DNA of 63,663 nucleotides from Candidatus Omnitrophota bacterium (GCA_041309005.1 JBFZAN010000031.1:1-63663), one strand, 5' to 3'; positions 30,211 to 40,320 are shown, numbered from the stretch's first letter. The notes: generated by a model from the letters alone, not told the origin. Numbers and translations are program-made.

Positions 30211-30995
30211 AAAAAAACGACGCGTTAAAGGAAATAATCCTGAAGAAGAAAGAGAGGCTCGTATCGGCGAAACAAGCCTTTCCTGAAGAAACATTAAAGG
30301 AGAGGATAAAGGCGCTTGAGCCTGCTCGGCCTTTTGCGAAGGCGATTAATAAACCTCACGCGATCTCTTTGATCGCTGAGATAAAGAAGGCTTCTCCCTC
30401 GCGCGGCGTGATCCGCCAGGATTTCGATCCCCAGGCAATCGCCCGGGTCTACCAGGAGTCCGGCGCGCAGGCGGTCTCAGTATTGACGGAAGAAGATTTC
30501 TTCCTGGGCAGCCCGTCGTTTATCAATGAGGTAAAAAACGCCGTAGCGCTTCCGGTACTACGGAAGGATTTCATACTGGAGCCTTATCAGGTATACGAGT
30601 CCCGTTTCCTGGGCGCGGATGCGATATTGCTGATAGCTGACATTCTTTCGAAAGAGAAGCTGGAGGAACTGGCGGTCGTTGCCGGGGAGGTGGGGCTTGA
30701 ATGTCTTATCGAGGCGCATGCGGAAAAAGAACTGAAGAAGGCCTTGAGCCTTAAGGCAGGGATGATCGGCATCAATAACCGCGATTTGCATACGCTTGCA
30801 ATAGACCTCAAGACCACGGAGAGGTTATTTCCCCTTATCCCGAAGGATAAGACCGTGGTGGTTGAAAGCGGCCTTACGAATTACCAGGATGTGCTGTTTT
30901 TGAAGATCCTGGGGGTGGAGGCGGTTTTGATAGGCCAGGCTTTGATGGAAGCCGGGAACACCCGGGGAAAAATAGAAGAGATCATGGGCTGGTGA
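30207..30995 (+). CDS. trpC: Indole-3-glycerol phosphate synthase
   Basis: IAEIKKASPSRG, SVLTE, PVLRKDF, GINNRDL, VESG. Confidence 0.97.
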   Translation: MKKNDALKEIILKKKERLVSAKQAFPEETLKERIKALEPARPFAKAINKPHAISLIAEIKKASPSRGVIRQDFDPQAIARVYQESGAQAVSVLTEEDFFLGSPSFINEVKNAVALPVLRKDFILEPYQVYESRFLGADAILLIADILSKEKLEELAVVAGEVGLECLIEAHAEKELKKALSLKAGMIGINNRDLHTLAIDLKTTERLFPLIPKDKTVVVESGLTNYQDVLFLKILGVEAVLIGQALMEAGNTRGKIEEIMGW

Positions 30996-31004
30996 AATGC
31001 TGCC

Positions 31005-31625
31005 ATGGTAAAAGTCAAGATCTGCGGTATCACCAATATGGAAGACGCGTTAGCCTGCGTCGATGCCGGTTGCGATGCGCTGGGTTTCGTGTTCTATAAG
31101 AAGAGTCCGCGTTATATCGAGCCTCTATGGGCGTTACGGATCATCAGGCGGCTACCCCGACGCATCATTAAGATCGGAGTATTCGCCAATGCGCGGGAGA
31201 AGACCGTAAAACACATCGCAAAACGCTGTCATCTTGACATCTTGCAGTTTCACGGGAATGAATCAAGCGCCTACTGCGCGAGATTCAAGGGCTTTAAGGT
31301 AATCAAGGCGTTCAGGGTGAAAGATACGATAGATATGCGGCGCGTATCGGCGTATAAGCCGTTCGCTTTTCTTCTTGATACATTTGACGCCAAGAGGCAG
31401 GGCGGCACCGGCAAGCAGTTCGACTGGTCGCTGGTAGCGCCTTTTGGAAACATAGAAGAACCTGTTTTCCTGTCGGGTGGCCTTAGCGAAAAGAACGTAA
31501 AGAAAGCGATTAAAACGGTCCGGCCGGACTGGGTGGATGTTTCCAGCTCCCTTGAGTTAACGCCGGGGAAGAAAGACCGCCTGAAGATTAGAAAGTTCGT
31601 CAGGGCGGCGAAGAGCCTGCGCTAA
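31005..31625 (+). CDS. trpF: Phosphoribosylanthranilate isomerase
   Basis: VKICGIT, GFVFYKKSPR, QFHGNE, GGTGKQFDW, LSGGL, VDVSS.LE. Confidence 0.97.
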   Translation: MVKVKICGITNMEDALACVDAGCDALGFVFYKKSPRYIEPLWALRIIRRLPRRIIKIGVFANAREKTVKHIAKRCHLDILQFHGNESSAYCARFKGFKVIKAFRVKDTIDMRRVSAYKPFAFLLDTFDAKRQGGTGKQFDWSLVAPFGNIEEPVFLSGGLSEKNVKKAIKTVRPDWVDVSSSLELTPGKKDRLKIRKFVRAAKSLR

Positions 31626-31631
31626 AGACGT

Positions 31632-31991
31632 ATGAAGAAATGTCCTTTTTGCTCTGAAGAGATACAGGATGAGGCCTTGAAATGCCGTTTCTGCGGCGAG
31701 TTCCTTAACAAAAAGAAGAAAATAAGAAGCTGCCTGCTTGGATGTCTTGGGGCGGTCCTTATCGGCCTGGCGCTGTGCATCACGGCCTTTGCGCTCGGCG
31801 TATTGATCCTTAAATTTATTTTTTGCAGGGCTATGTATGGCATCTTTGATATGCCTCCTTATCAGTATGTTCCGTATCCGTTTAACGGTTCAGGGCTGGA
31901 AGGCGTGTTAAAGGATTTTGGCGAGTTCTTCAGGTCGTTATGGGAAAGGTTCAGGGACTTTTTCCACCTGTATCAGTATCGCACCGTATGA
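31632..31991 (+). CDS. Double-CxxC zinc-ribbon protein with one membrane segment
   Basis: [25 protein letters not shown], then a lysine run and a ~25-aa hydrophobic stretch. Confidence 0.8.
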   Translation: MKKCPFCSEEIQDEALKCRFCGEFLNKKKKIRSCLLGCLGAVLIGLALCITAFALGVLILKFIFCRAMYGIFDMPPYQYVPYPFNGSGLEGVLKDFGEFFRSLWERFRDFFHLYQYRTV

Positions 31992-33184
31992 TGAAAGACT
32001 CAAAGACTCCGGACAAAAAAGGTTATTTCGGCGATTTCGGCGGCAGGTTCGTACCTGAAACGCTTATGCACGCGTTGGCCGAGCTCCAGCAGGAATATAG
32101 CGAAGCAAAAAAAGATATGCTCTTTAAGGGCCGCCTCGCCTATTATTTGAAAGAATACGCGGGCAGGCCGACGCCGTTGTATCTGGCTGCCAGCCTCAGC
32201 AAGCGCTTAGGGGTAGGCAGGATCTATTTAAAGAGAGAGGACCTCCTGCATACGGGCGCACACAAGATAAACAATACGTTAGGCCAGGTGCTGCTTGCGC
32301 TCAGGATGAAAAAAACGCGTATCATTGCCGAAACAGGCGCGGGCCAGCACGGGGTGGCTACGGCGACCGTGGCGGCGATGTTCGGCCTCGCCTGCGATAT
32401 CTACATGGGTACGGAAGATATCGAAAGGCAGAAGCTGAATGTCTTTCGCATGAAGCTTTTGGGAGCGCGCGTGATCCCTGTAAGAAACGGGTCAAGGACG
32501 CTTAAGGACGCCATGACCGAAGCGCTCAGGGACTGGGTGACCAACGTGCGCCAGACGCACTATATCATAGGTTCTGTTGCGGGGCCGCATCCGTATCCGG
32601 AGATGGTCAGGGACTTTCAATCCGTGATAGGCCGGGAGGCGCGGCAGCAGATACTCAAAAAAGAAAAGAGGCTGCCGGATTACCTGGTCGCTTGCGTGGG
32701 CGGAGGCAGTAACGCCATGGGGTTGTTCCATCCGTTCCGTAAGGATAGCCAGGTCAATTTCATCGGCGTAGAAGCGGCGGGGCTGGGTCTTACCTCGGGA
32801 AAGCACGCGGCCACGCTTGTCGCGGGCAGCCCCGGAGTGTTGCACGGTTCGAAATCATATCTTTTGGAAGATGCGTTCGGACAGGTAAAGATCGCCCATT
32901 CTATTGCCGCGGGCCTCGATTATCCGGGGGTAGGCCCGGAGCACGCCTATTTTAAAAAGACAGGAAGGGCCTCGTACGTGGCGGTAAGCGATAAAGAGGC
33001 GCTTGAAGGTTTCAAATTATTATCCGAGACAGAAGGCATCATCCCGGCGCTTGAGCCGGCGCACGCGGTTTTCTATTTAACGAAATTAGCCAAGACAGCA
33101 GGCAGGAAGTCGGTAGTGATACTGTGTCTTTCCGGCAGGGGGGATAAGGACACGCACGCCGTTGCCGATATCTTAAAGCTATGA
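31988..33184 (+). CDS. trpB: Tryptophan synthase beta chain
   Basis: [58 protein letters not shown]. Start reassigned to 31988 (or 31991). Confidence 0.98.
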   Translation: MMKDSKTPDKKGYFGDFGGRFVPETLMHALAELQQEYSEAKKDMLFKGRLAYYLKEYAGRPTPLYLAASLSKRLGVGRIYLKREDLLHTGAHKINNTLGQVLLALRMKKTRIIAETGAGQHGVATATVAAMFGLACDIYMGTEDIERQKLNVFRMKLLGARVIPVRNGSRTLKDAMTEALRDWVTNVRQTHYIIGSVAGPHPYPEMVRDFQSVIGREARQQILKKEKRLPDYLVACVGGGSNAMGLFHPFRKDSQVNFIGVEAAGLGLTSGKHAATLVAGSPGVLHGSKSYLLEDAFGQVKIAHSIAAGLDYPGVGPEHAYFKKTGRASYVAVSDKEALEGFKLLSETEGIIPALEPAHAVFYLTKLAKTAGRKSVVILCLSGRGDKDTHAVADILKL

Positions 33185-33969
33185 ACAGGATCGAGCGTAC
33201 ATTCAGGCGGTTAAGACAGGGCGGGAAAAAAGCCTTTATCGCGTTTATCACCGCAGGTTACCCTGACCTGGAGACTACCGAGAAGCTCATTGTCGCCTTT
33301 GAAGAGATCGGCGTGGATATCATCGAGCTGGGCATTCCTTTTTCCGATCCGATGGCCGACGGACCGATCATCCAGGAAGCGTCGCAGGAAGCGTTAAAAA
33401 AAGGCGTGCATCTGGCTGATGTAGTAAAGCTGGTCAAGCGGGTGCGCAGGCGCGTGGAGGTGCCCATCTGCTTTATGACGTACTATAACCCGGTGTTGTG
33501 TTTCGGGGAAAAAAGATTCATCGCCGCGGCGTCCGAAGCCGGTGTGGACGGCATTATCATTCCCGACCTGCCTCCGGAGGAGGCGCTCTCCTTGATCAGT
33601 CAGGCGCGTCCAAACAATTTAGACACGATCTTTTTTATCGCTCCCACTACCGATGTGAAGAGGGTACGGTCCATTGCGGCGGCATCCAGAGGATTTATCT
33701 ATTACGTTTCATTGACCGGCGTCACCGGTCTCCGGGAGGCACTGCCTGAAGACCTGATCAGGAATCTTGAAGCGATCAAGAAGCGCACGAACAAGCCCGT
33801 TTGTGTGGGCTTCGGGATCGGCAGTCCAGCGCATGTCCGCCAGGCGGCACGATTCTCCGACGGCGTAATAGTGGGAAGCGCTATCGTGAAAAAGATAAGG
33901 CAGAATATCGGGAGCCCGAATTTAGTAAAAAATGTAAGCAGATTCGTCGCGCGTTTAAAAAATGTATAA
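33181..33969 (+). CDS. trpA: Tryptophan synthase alpha chain
   Basis: [51 protein letters not shown]. Confidence 0.98.
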   Translation: MNRIERTFRRLRQGGKKAFIAFITAGYPDLETTEKLIVAFEEIGVDIIELGIPFSDPMADGPIIQEASQEALKKGVHLADVVKLVKRVRRRVEVPICFMTYYNPVLCFGEKRFIAAASEAGVDGIIIPDLPPEEALSLISQARPNNLDTIFFIAPTTDVKRVRSIAAASRGFIYYVSLTGVTGLREALPEDLIRNLEAIKKRTNKPVCVGFGIGSPAHVRQAARFSDGVIVGSAIVKKIRQNIGSPNLVKNVSRFVARLKNV

Positions 33970-35230
33970 AAAAACTATAGTAAACAACGGGGTAAGGATC
34001 GTTACCAACCGCATGGCTGCCATGCAGTCGGCTGCGCTGGGGATCTGGATCAAGACAGGCGGCAGGTATGAATCCGACGCCGATAAAGGAATAAGCCACT
34101 ATCTGGAGCACCTTCTTTTCAAAGGGTCAAAGCGATATTCCTGCCGAAAGATTAAAGAGTCCATCGAAGGGGTAGGGGGTTCCCTGAACGGCTTTACCTC
34201 TGAAGAGCTTACCTGCTTTCTGGCAAAGCTGCCGGGGCGCCACCTGTACACGGCGCTGGATATCCTTGCCGACATGGTCCTTAACCCGCTTTTGTCGCCG
34301 CGGGAGATCGACAAGGAACGGACCGTAATTCTCGAAGAGATAAAGATGTACAAGGACCTTCCCCAGAGCTACGTCTATGAATTGCTCGATGAACTGCTCT
34401 GGCCGAAGCAGCCGTTGGGTTCAAGCGTCCTGGGTACCGCGGAAACGGTACGCGCCATCGATAAGCACAGCATTTCGGCGTATCAACAGAAGCACTATAC
34501 GCCTCTGAATATCGTAGTCAGCGCCGCCGGGGCCGTCACGCACGCAGAGCTGGTAAAAAGAGTGGAAAAAATATTTTCGGGGCTGGAAGCAGGCGGCAAA
34601 AATACGTTTTTGGAGGTAAAAGAAACGCAAAGTGCGCCGCAGCTGAATATCCTGCACAAAGAGACGGAACAGACGCACCTGGCGCTGGGGTTCCATGCGT
34701 TTAAAAGAGACCATCCGTTAAAGCACGCGCTGGGGCTTTTGCACGTGGTGCTGGGTGCCAATATGTCAAGCCGGCTGTTCAATGAATTAAGGGAGAAAAG
34801 AGGGCTTGCGTATGAGATCGGCACCGCGGTCAAGCGTTTCCACGATACCGGCGCGTTCGTCGTGCACGCCGGGATAGATAACCGCCGGGTCCAGGAAGGG
34901 CTGCATCTGATCTTGAAAGAGCTTACGCGGACGGCGCACGCGCTTGTGGGTGAAAACGAACTCAGGCGCGCCAAAGATTTTTATGTAGGACAGCTTTCAC
35001 TCGCTTTGGAGGACACCCTTGACAATATGCTCTGGATAGGCGAGTCTACTGCCGCGCTGGATAAGGCGTATTCGCGGGAAACTATCGTCAAAGAAGTGCG
35101 CAGATTGAAGCGCCAGGATTTACGCGAGGCCGCGAGCATGATCTTTAAGGAGCAGAACCTGAATCTTTCTTTGATTGGCCCGCTACGGGGAAACCGGAAA
35201 GAGTTATTCAACCAGTTGCATATACGCTAG
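33962..35230 (+). CDS. M16 family (pitrilysin-like) zinc peptidase
   Basis: HxxEH motif SHYLEHLLFKG, NGFTSEE, SSRLFNELREKRGLAY. Confidence 0.93.
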   Translation: MYKKTIVNNGVRIVTNRMAAMQSAALGIWIKTGGRYESDADKGISHYLEHLLFKGSKRYSCRKIKESIEGVGGSLNGFTSEELTCFLAKLPGRHLYTALDILADMVLNPLLSPREIDKERTVILEEIKMYKDLPQSYVYELLDELLWPKQPLGSSVLGTAETVRAIDKHSISAYQQKHYTPLNIVVSAAGAVTHAELVKRVEKIFSGLEAGGKNTFLEVKETQSAPQLNILHKETEQTHLALGFHAFKRDHPLKHALGLLHVVLGANMSSRLFNELREKRGLAYEIGTAVKRFHDTGAFVVHAGIDNRRVQEGLHLILKELTRTAHALVGENELRRAKDFYVGQLSLALEDTLDNMLWIGESTAALDKAYSRETIVKEVRRLKRQDLREAASMIFKEQNLNLSLIGPLRGNRKELFNQLHIR

Positions 35231-35238
35231 GGGACACG

Positions 35239-36258
35239 ATGCCTTTTTTGCTTCCGCTCATAGCCTTGTTGTTGGTCGTCTTCGCGCTGGTCTCATTCTT
35301 TTTCTCGGCTTCGGAGACCGCGGTCATCGGCTTAAGCAAGATAAAGCTGCGCCATATGGTCTCCCAGGGCGTCAAGCGCTCGCAGAGTATCCAGCGGCTG
35401 GTCACCAAGCTCGACAAGTTCATAGCGGCCATCCTGATAGGCAACGATTTCGTGAATATCGCGATCTCCGCCATCATTACGGCGATCTGCGTGCATATAC
35501 TCGGTTATCACTGGGGGGTGGTTATTGCCACGCTGACTTCGACTTTTTTCGTCCTGATCTTTTGCGAGATCACCCCCAAGATACTGGCGACCAAACATAC
35601 GGAGAAGGTCGCGCTGCTCACGGCGCCGGTGATGGAATCGTTCATCAAGCTGTTTCATCCGGTTATTCTCGTGTTTACGGGGACGAGCAACCTGATCTTT
35701 AAGATACTGCGGTTACAGCCGGCAAAAAGATCGCCCCTGATCACAGAAGGCGAGATCAGGCTCATGATAGAGGTAGGCAAGGAGGAGGGGGTCTTAAGCG
35801 ACGAAGAAAGAAAGATGCTGCACCGTATCTTTGAATTCGGTGACACCAAGGTCGGCGAGGTAATGGTGACGAAAGATAAGATCGTGGCCGTCAATATTAC
35901 TGTCACGCCCGATGAACTCTTGAATGTGTTCGTGGAACAGGGCCACGCCAGGCTTCCGGTGTACGCGGGATCCGTAGATAATATCATAGGCATCGTGTAC
36001 GCAAGGGACCTCTTGTATATCCTGCGGGATAAAGGGCTTTTCGTGCTGCAGGACCTGGTGCATAAGCCCTATTACGTGGAGTCGGGCCTCAGGGTAAACG
36101 ACCTCCTTAAGAAATTCCAGGTGGACAAGATCCAGATCGCGATCGTGGTGGACGAACACAAGAAGACTATAGGGTTGCTCACCCTGGAAGACCTCATCGA
36201 AGAGATTGTGGGAGAAATAGAAGAAGAACGCACAAATCACCCCGCAAATAAGCATTGA
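35239..36258 (+). CDS. CNNM/hemolysin-family protein (DUF21 + CBS pair)
   Basis: FFFSASETAV, ILIGNDFVNI, FCEITPK, two CBS domains (HARLPVY; IAIVVDEH...LEDLIEEIVGEI). Confidence 0.92.
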   Translation: MPFLLPLIALLLVVFALVSFFFSASETAVIGLSKIKLRHMVSQGVKRSQSIQRLVTKLDKFIAAILIGNDFVNIAISAIITAICVHILGYHWGVVIATLTSTFFVLIFCEITPKILATKHTEKVALLTAPVMESFIKLFHPVILVFTGTSNLIFKILRLQPAKRSPLITEGEIRLMIEVGKEEGVLSDEERKMLHRIFEFGDTKVGEVMVTKDKIVAVNITVTPDELLNVFVEQGHARLPVYAGSVDNIIGIVYARDLLYILRDKGLFVLQDLVHKPYYVESGLRVNDLLKKFQVDKIQIAIVVDEHKKTIGLLTLEDLIEEIVGEIEEERTNHPANKH

Positions 36259-36282
36259 CCCTCATACTTTTTATTGTATAAT
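36255..36282 (+). promoter_or_regulatory. Near-consensus sigma70 promoter
   Basis: TTGACC (36255-60), 16-nt spacer, TATAAT (36277-82); SD AAGGAGG at 36335-41 precedes ATG 36348. Confidence 0.7.
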
Positions 36283-36347
36283 ATATTTCAAAAGAGATTT
36301 TCGATCTTGGTTTTAAAAGCAGCATCTGTTTAACAAGGAGGAAAGAA

Positions 36348-36497
36348 ATGGCAGAAAAGGGATATTGCGTAAAATGCAAAAATATGAAGGAAATGAAGGA
36401 CGAACAGAAGGTCACGATGAAGAACGGCCGCGCGGCAGCGAAAGGCAAATGCCCTGACTGTGGTACCGGGATGTATAAGATCTTAGGGAAAAAATAA
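36348..36497 (+). CDS. 49-aa basic zinc-ribbon protein, DUF5679-like (absent from the ORF track)
   Basis: Translated by hand: MAEKGYCVKCKNMKEMKDEQKVTMKNGRAAAKGKCPDCGTGMYKILGKK. CxxC...CxxC, strong SD and its own promoter. Confidence 0.88.
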   Translation: MAEKGYCVKCKNMKEMKDEQKVTMKNGRAAAKGKCPDCGTGMYKILGKK

Positions 36498-36575
36498 CTT
36501 TCACCGCGAGAACGTTTTTATAAAGTACACTTATACGCGTAGAGGCTTATCGGTATACGCAAAGGTAAGGAACTC

Positions 36576-36929
36576 ATAGAATCCAGAAAGTTAGCTCAGC
36601 GCATCGCTCTGATCGCAAAAGACAAGAAAGCCAAAAACGTAGTCATGTTGGATATGCGTTCGCTTGTCAGTTTTTGCGATTATTTCGTTATCGCAAGCGG
36701 CACATCGCTTCGGCAGGTGAACGCGTTAAGGGATTCAATCCAGGAGGGGCTGCTCGAGGACAAGATCAAGCCTCTCTCTCGTGCCGAAGCGAATGATCGG
36801 TCAGGCTGGATCGTATTGGATTATTCCGCGGTGGTAGTGCATATCTTCCATGAGCCGATGAGAGATTTTTATGCGTTGGAACACTTATGGGCCGAAGCGA
36901 AGAAAATAAGGATCGCAAAACCCGCCTGA
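36576..36929 (+). CDS. rsfS: Ribosome silencing factor
   Basis: DYFVIASGTS.RQVNAL, WIVLDYSAVVVHIF, RDFYALEHLW. The conserved N-terminal helix requires a start upstream of ATG 36645, most likely ATA 36576. Confidence 0.9.
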   Translation: MESRKLAQRIALIAKDKKAKNVVMLDMRSLVSFCDYFVIASGTSLRQVNALRDSIQEGLLEDKIKPLSRAEANDRSGWIVLDYSAVVVHIFHEPMRDFYALEHLWAEAKKIRIAKPA

Positions 36930-36971
36930 CTCCAAAAACCCCGCACCCGCTCCCCCATCTTTCACTGAAAC

Positions 36972-38612
36972 ATGAAAAAGAATATCCAGGATATACTCAC
37001 CGAAGCCTTAAGGACCGCGGTAGAAACTCTATATGCGGACAGGATACACGCCCGTGAGGTACCTGTAGAGTTTTCTCTGGCCGGCGGCTTCGGAGACCTC
37101 TCCAACAATACCGCGCTAAGATTAAGCGGGCTGTTAAAAGAAGCCCCTCTTTCCGTCGCCACCCGCATCGCTCAGGAGATAAACGCTAACCCCGGCGATC
37201 AGCTAAAAGAATGCCTCAAAGAGGCGAAAGCCGAAGGCGCTGGGTTTATCAATTTTTATCTGCGCAACGAATATTTCTACGAGCGCTTAAATGATATCCT
37301 TAGCCCGGCTAAAACATTTGCCGGGTCGACGCAGGGTGAAGGAAGCGCGGTGCTGATCGAATTCGTGAGCGCTAATCCCACAGGGCCTTTATCGGTCGCC
37401 CATGCCAGGCAGGCGGTGGTAGGCGATGTCCTGGCGAATATATTGGCGCGCTTGGGGAATTCGGTCGCGCGCGAGTATTACCTGAATGACGAAGGCAACC
37501 AGATCACCATACTGGGTGAGTCGGTCCAGGCGCGCCTTGAGGAATTAGACGGTAAGACTGCGGAATTCCCTGAAAATTATTACCAGGGGGAGTATATCTA
37601 TGATATCGCCAGGCAGGCCAAGAAAGAGAAAATAAAAAGCGAAGAGATGGGTGATTTCGCCGCGCGCGTTATTCTGGAGGTAATCAGGAAAGAGCTTGAT
37701 GATTTCGGGGTCAGGTTCGATTGCTGGTACAGCCAGAAGGAATTGCGGGAAAGCGGCAAGATACAGGAGGCCCTGGATGCGTTGAAAGAAAAAGGATTTT
37801 TGTACGAGCAGGACGGCGCGTTATGGTTTAAATCCACTTCCTTCGGCGATGACAAGGACAGGGTAGTGATAAAGAGCGACGGGACCTATACGTACCTTGC
37901 GCCCGATATCGCCTATCACCGGGAAAAATATAACCGTAATTTCAAATGGCTCATAAACCTCTGGGGGCCCGATCACCACGGCTACATCGCACGGCTTAAG
38001 GCCGCGGTGCAGGCGCAAGGCAAGGACCCGGAGTCCCTTTCGGTAATTATAGTACAGCTGGCTTCCATATTTAAGGAAGGTAAGCCTCTTGAGATGTCTA
38101 CCCGCAAGGGCCAGTATATCACGTTAAGGGAAGTGCTTGATGAAATCGGAACCGACGCGGCCAGGTTCTTCTTTCTTATGCGCAGGACCCAGAGCCACCT
38201 GGCCTTTGATCTGGAGACGGCCAAGAAACAAACCTCGGAGAACCCCGTGTATTACGTGCAATACGCCTATGCCAGGATGCGCAGTATCCTGCGCAACCGT
38301 ACCGCCCCGCACCTTGCGCGCGAGAAAGCTTCGCTTGAGCTGTTGAAGGAACCGGAAGAGATGGCTCTTGTGAAGAAGCTCTGGCAGTTTGATTTCATGC
38401 TGCAGGTTTGCTTCAAGACGCTCGATCCCTATATGCTCACCGTATACCTTCAGGAAACCGCGGAGAAATTCCACAAATTTTATGACCGCCACCGCGTATT
38501 AGGCCAGGATGAAGGCCTGACGAACGCGCGTCTTTCGCTGGTAGAGGCGACGCAGGTAGTGCTTGCGGCCGGCCTTGACCTCTTGGGCATCTCAAAGCCC
38601 GAGGAGATGTAG
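36972..38612 (+). CDS. argS: Arginine--tRNA ligase
   Basis: GAGFINF, EFVSANPTGPL, YYLNDEGNQ, GDDKDRV, WGPDHHGY, ENPVYYVQYA, DALR domain. Confidence 0.97.
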   Translation: MKKNIQDILTEALRTAVETLYADRIHAREVPVEFSLAGGFGDLSNNTALRLSGLLKEAPLSVATRIAQEINANPGDQLKECLKEAKAEGAGFINFYLRNEYFYERLNDILSPAKTFAGSTQGEGSAVLIEFVSANPTGPLSVAHARQAVVGDVLANILARLGNSVAREYYLNDEGNQITILGESVQARLEELDGKTAEFPENYYQGEYIYDIARQAKKEKIKSEEMGDFAARVILEVIRKELDDFGVRFDCWYSQKELRESGKIQEALDALKEKGFLYEQDGALWFKSTSFGDDKDRVVIKSDGTYTYLAPDIAYHREKYNRNFKWLINLWGPDHHGYIARLKAAVQAQGKDPESLSVIIVQLASIFKEGKPLEMSTRKGQYITLREVLDEIGTDAARFFFLMRRTQSHLAFDLETAKKQTSENPVYYVQYAYARMRSILRNRTAPHLAREKASLELLKEPEEMALVKKLWQFDFMLQVCFKTLDPYMLTVYLQETAEKFHKFYDRHRVLGQDEGLTNARLSLVEATQVVLAAGLDLLGISKPEEM

Positions 38613-38613
38613 C

Positions 38614-40305
38614 GTGTATACCCACAAAATATTGAATATCGCTTCCCGCAACCGACCGCTCAGCCTGAAAATGAGCGAAGAGCTCGGCATCTCCGGCATA
38701 CTCGCGCAGCTATTGATAAACCGGGGTATTGAAAATAGCGCCGAGGCCGCGTTATTCCTGAACCCTGACCCTAAGGACCTCCTTGACCCTTTTCTGTTTT
38801 GCGATATGCCGAAAGCGGTAGAGATCATCCGCAGGGCTGCCAGGAACAAAGAAAAGGTGATGGTGTTCAGCGACTATGATGTGGATGGCCTGACCTCGCT
38901 TACGCTGTTGGAGGAGAAGCTCACGGGCCTCGGGTTACGGGTAACCCATTATATCCCCAACAGGGTAAAGGAAGGTTATGGCCTGAACAGCAATATCCTG
39001 CGGATCGTAAAAGAAGAGGGTATCAAAGTCCTGATTACCGCGGACTGCGGGACCAATAGCGATGAGGAGATCAGGGAGTTACGTCGCCTGGGCGTAGAGG
39101 TGATCATCACCGACCACCATGAACCGACGCACCAGGGGCAGGAGATCGCGGCTCAAGCGGTCATCAATCCGAAAATGAATAATTCAGGCTATGGGTACCG
39201 GTACCTGGCAGGCGTAGGGGTGGCATATAAGCTCTGCCAGGCGATCACCGGTGAACTCCTTGATGAGGACCTTGACCTTGTGGCGCTTGGCACGGTCGCT
39301 GATTCCGTTCCTTTGACGGGAGAGAACCGCATTATCACCAAGGCGGGCCTCGTGAAACTTACTCACACCCGCAGGACCGGACTGGCAGTGCTCATGGAAG
39401 CAAGCGGCATAAAAAATAAAAAGATTACCCCCGGTTACGTCAGTTACATAATCGGGCCGCGCATAAACGCAAGCGGCAGGGTCGATACGGCCGAGGTGGC
39501 GCTGGACCTGTTGATGAGCGAGCACAGGCAGGAGGCCGAGAAGCTGGTTACCCTGATACAGTCGCATAACCGCACGCGGCAGAAGATAGAAAGCGCGATC
39601 CTCGAGGAAGCCGGCGACCTGATCGATAAAGAAGTCAATTTCAAGGAGCATAAGATCATGGTAGTGGCAAAGGAGGGCTGGCATGCGGGGGTATTGGGGA
39701 TAGTCGCCGCGAAACTCACGGAGAAGTTCTGCCGTCCGACCATCCTGATCTCGCTTGGCGAAGAAGTGTGCAAAGGCTCCGGCCGTTCGGTGAAGAATTT
39801 CCATCTTTTCGAGGCGATCCTGGAATGTAAAGACCTCCTCGAAGGCTTCGGCGGCCACCAGCATGCTACGGGCCTTTCCATAGCCCGGGGCAACATAGCA
39901 GATTTCAGGGATAAGATCAACCATCTGGCCAGGGAGAAATTAAGGCTTGAGGACCTGCTGCCCAGCCTCGATATCGATATGGAATTACCGCTTTCGGCGC
40001 TGGAAAACGGCTTCATAAAAGAAATAGCGCTGCTTGAGCCGTTCGGGATGGGGAATCCCCAGCCCTTATTCTATACAAGAAACCTTAAGATCAAAGGTGA
40101 ACCGCGGGTGCTGGCGCGGGAGACGTTGAAATTCTGGGTTACTGACGGAAGGGTTACGTGCCAGGCGATAGGCTTTGGCATACGCAGATTGAAAGAGAGC
40201 CTGCAGGAGGCTGACCTCTTTGACCTGGTCTATAGCCCCCAGATAGATGCCTGGGGAGGAGAAGAGTCCCTGATATTGGAGGTTAAAGAGATATTCTTCA
40301 AATGA
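38614..40305 (+). CDS. recJ: Single-stranded-DNA-specific exonuclease
   Basis: SDYDVDG, PNRVKEGYG, ITADCG, TDHH (DHH), GTVADSVPL, PRINASGR, GGHQHATG. GTG 38614 follows a GAGGAG SD. Confidence 0.96.
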   Translation: MYTHKILNIASRNRPLSLKMSEELGISGILAQLLINRGIENSAEAALFLNPDPKDLLDPFLFCDMPKAVEIIRRAARNKEKVMVFSDYDVDGLTSLTLLEEKLTGLGLRVTHYIPNRVKEGYGLNSNILRIVKEEGIKVLITADCGTNSDEEIRELRRLGVEVIITDHHEPTHQGQEIAAQAVINPKMNNSGYGYRYLAGVGVAYKLCQAITGELLDEDLDLVALGTVADSVPLTGENRIITKAGLVKLTHTRRTGLAVLMEASGIKNKKITPGYVSYIIGPRINASGRVDTAEVALDLLMSEHRQEAEKLVTLIQSHNRTRQKIESAILEEAGDLIDKEVNFKEHKIMVVAKEGWHAGVLGIVAAKLTEKFCRPTILISLGEEVCKGSGRSVKNFHLFEAILECKDLLEGFGGHQHATGLSIARGNIADFRDKINHLAREKLRLEDLLPSLDIDMELPLSALENGFIKEIALLEPFGMGNPQPLFYTRNLKIKGEPRVLARETLKFWVTDGRVTCQAIGFGIRRLKESLQEADLFDLVYSPQIDAWGGEESLILEVKEIFFK

Positions 40306-40320
40306 CCGCAGGATGCGGCG

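Noticed and set aside
36930-36971. C-rich spacer before argS as a G-quadruplex on the minus strand
   Set aside because: Only three G-tracts of 3 or more plus a GG; it is on the non-coding strand and there is no supporting evidence.
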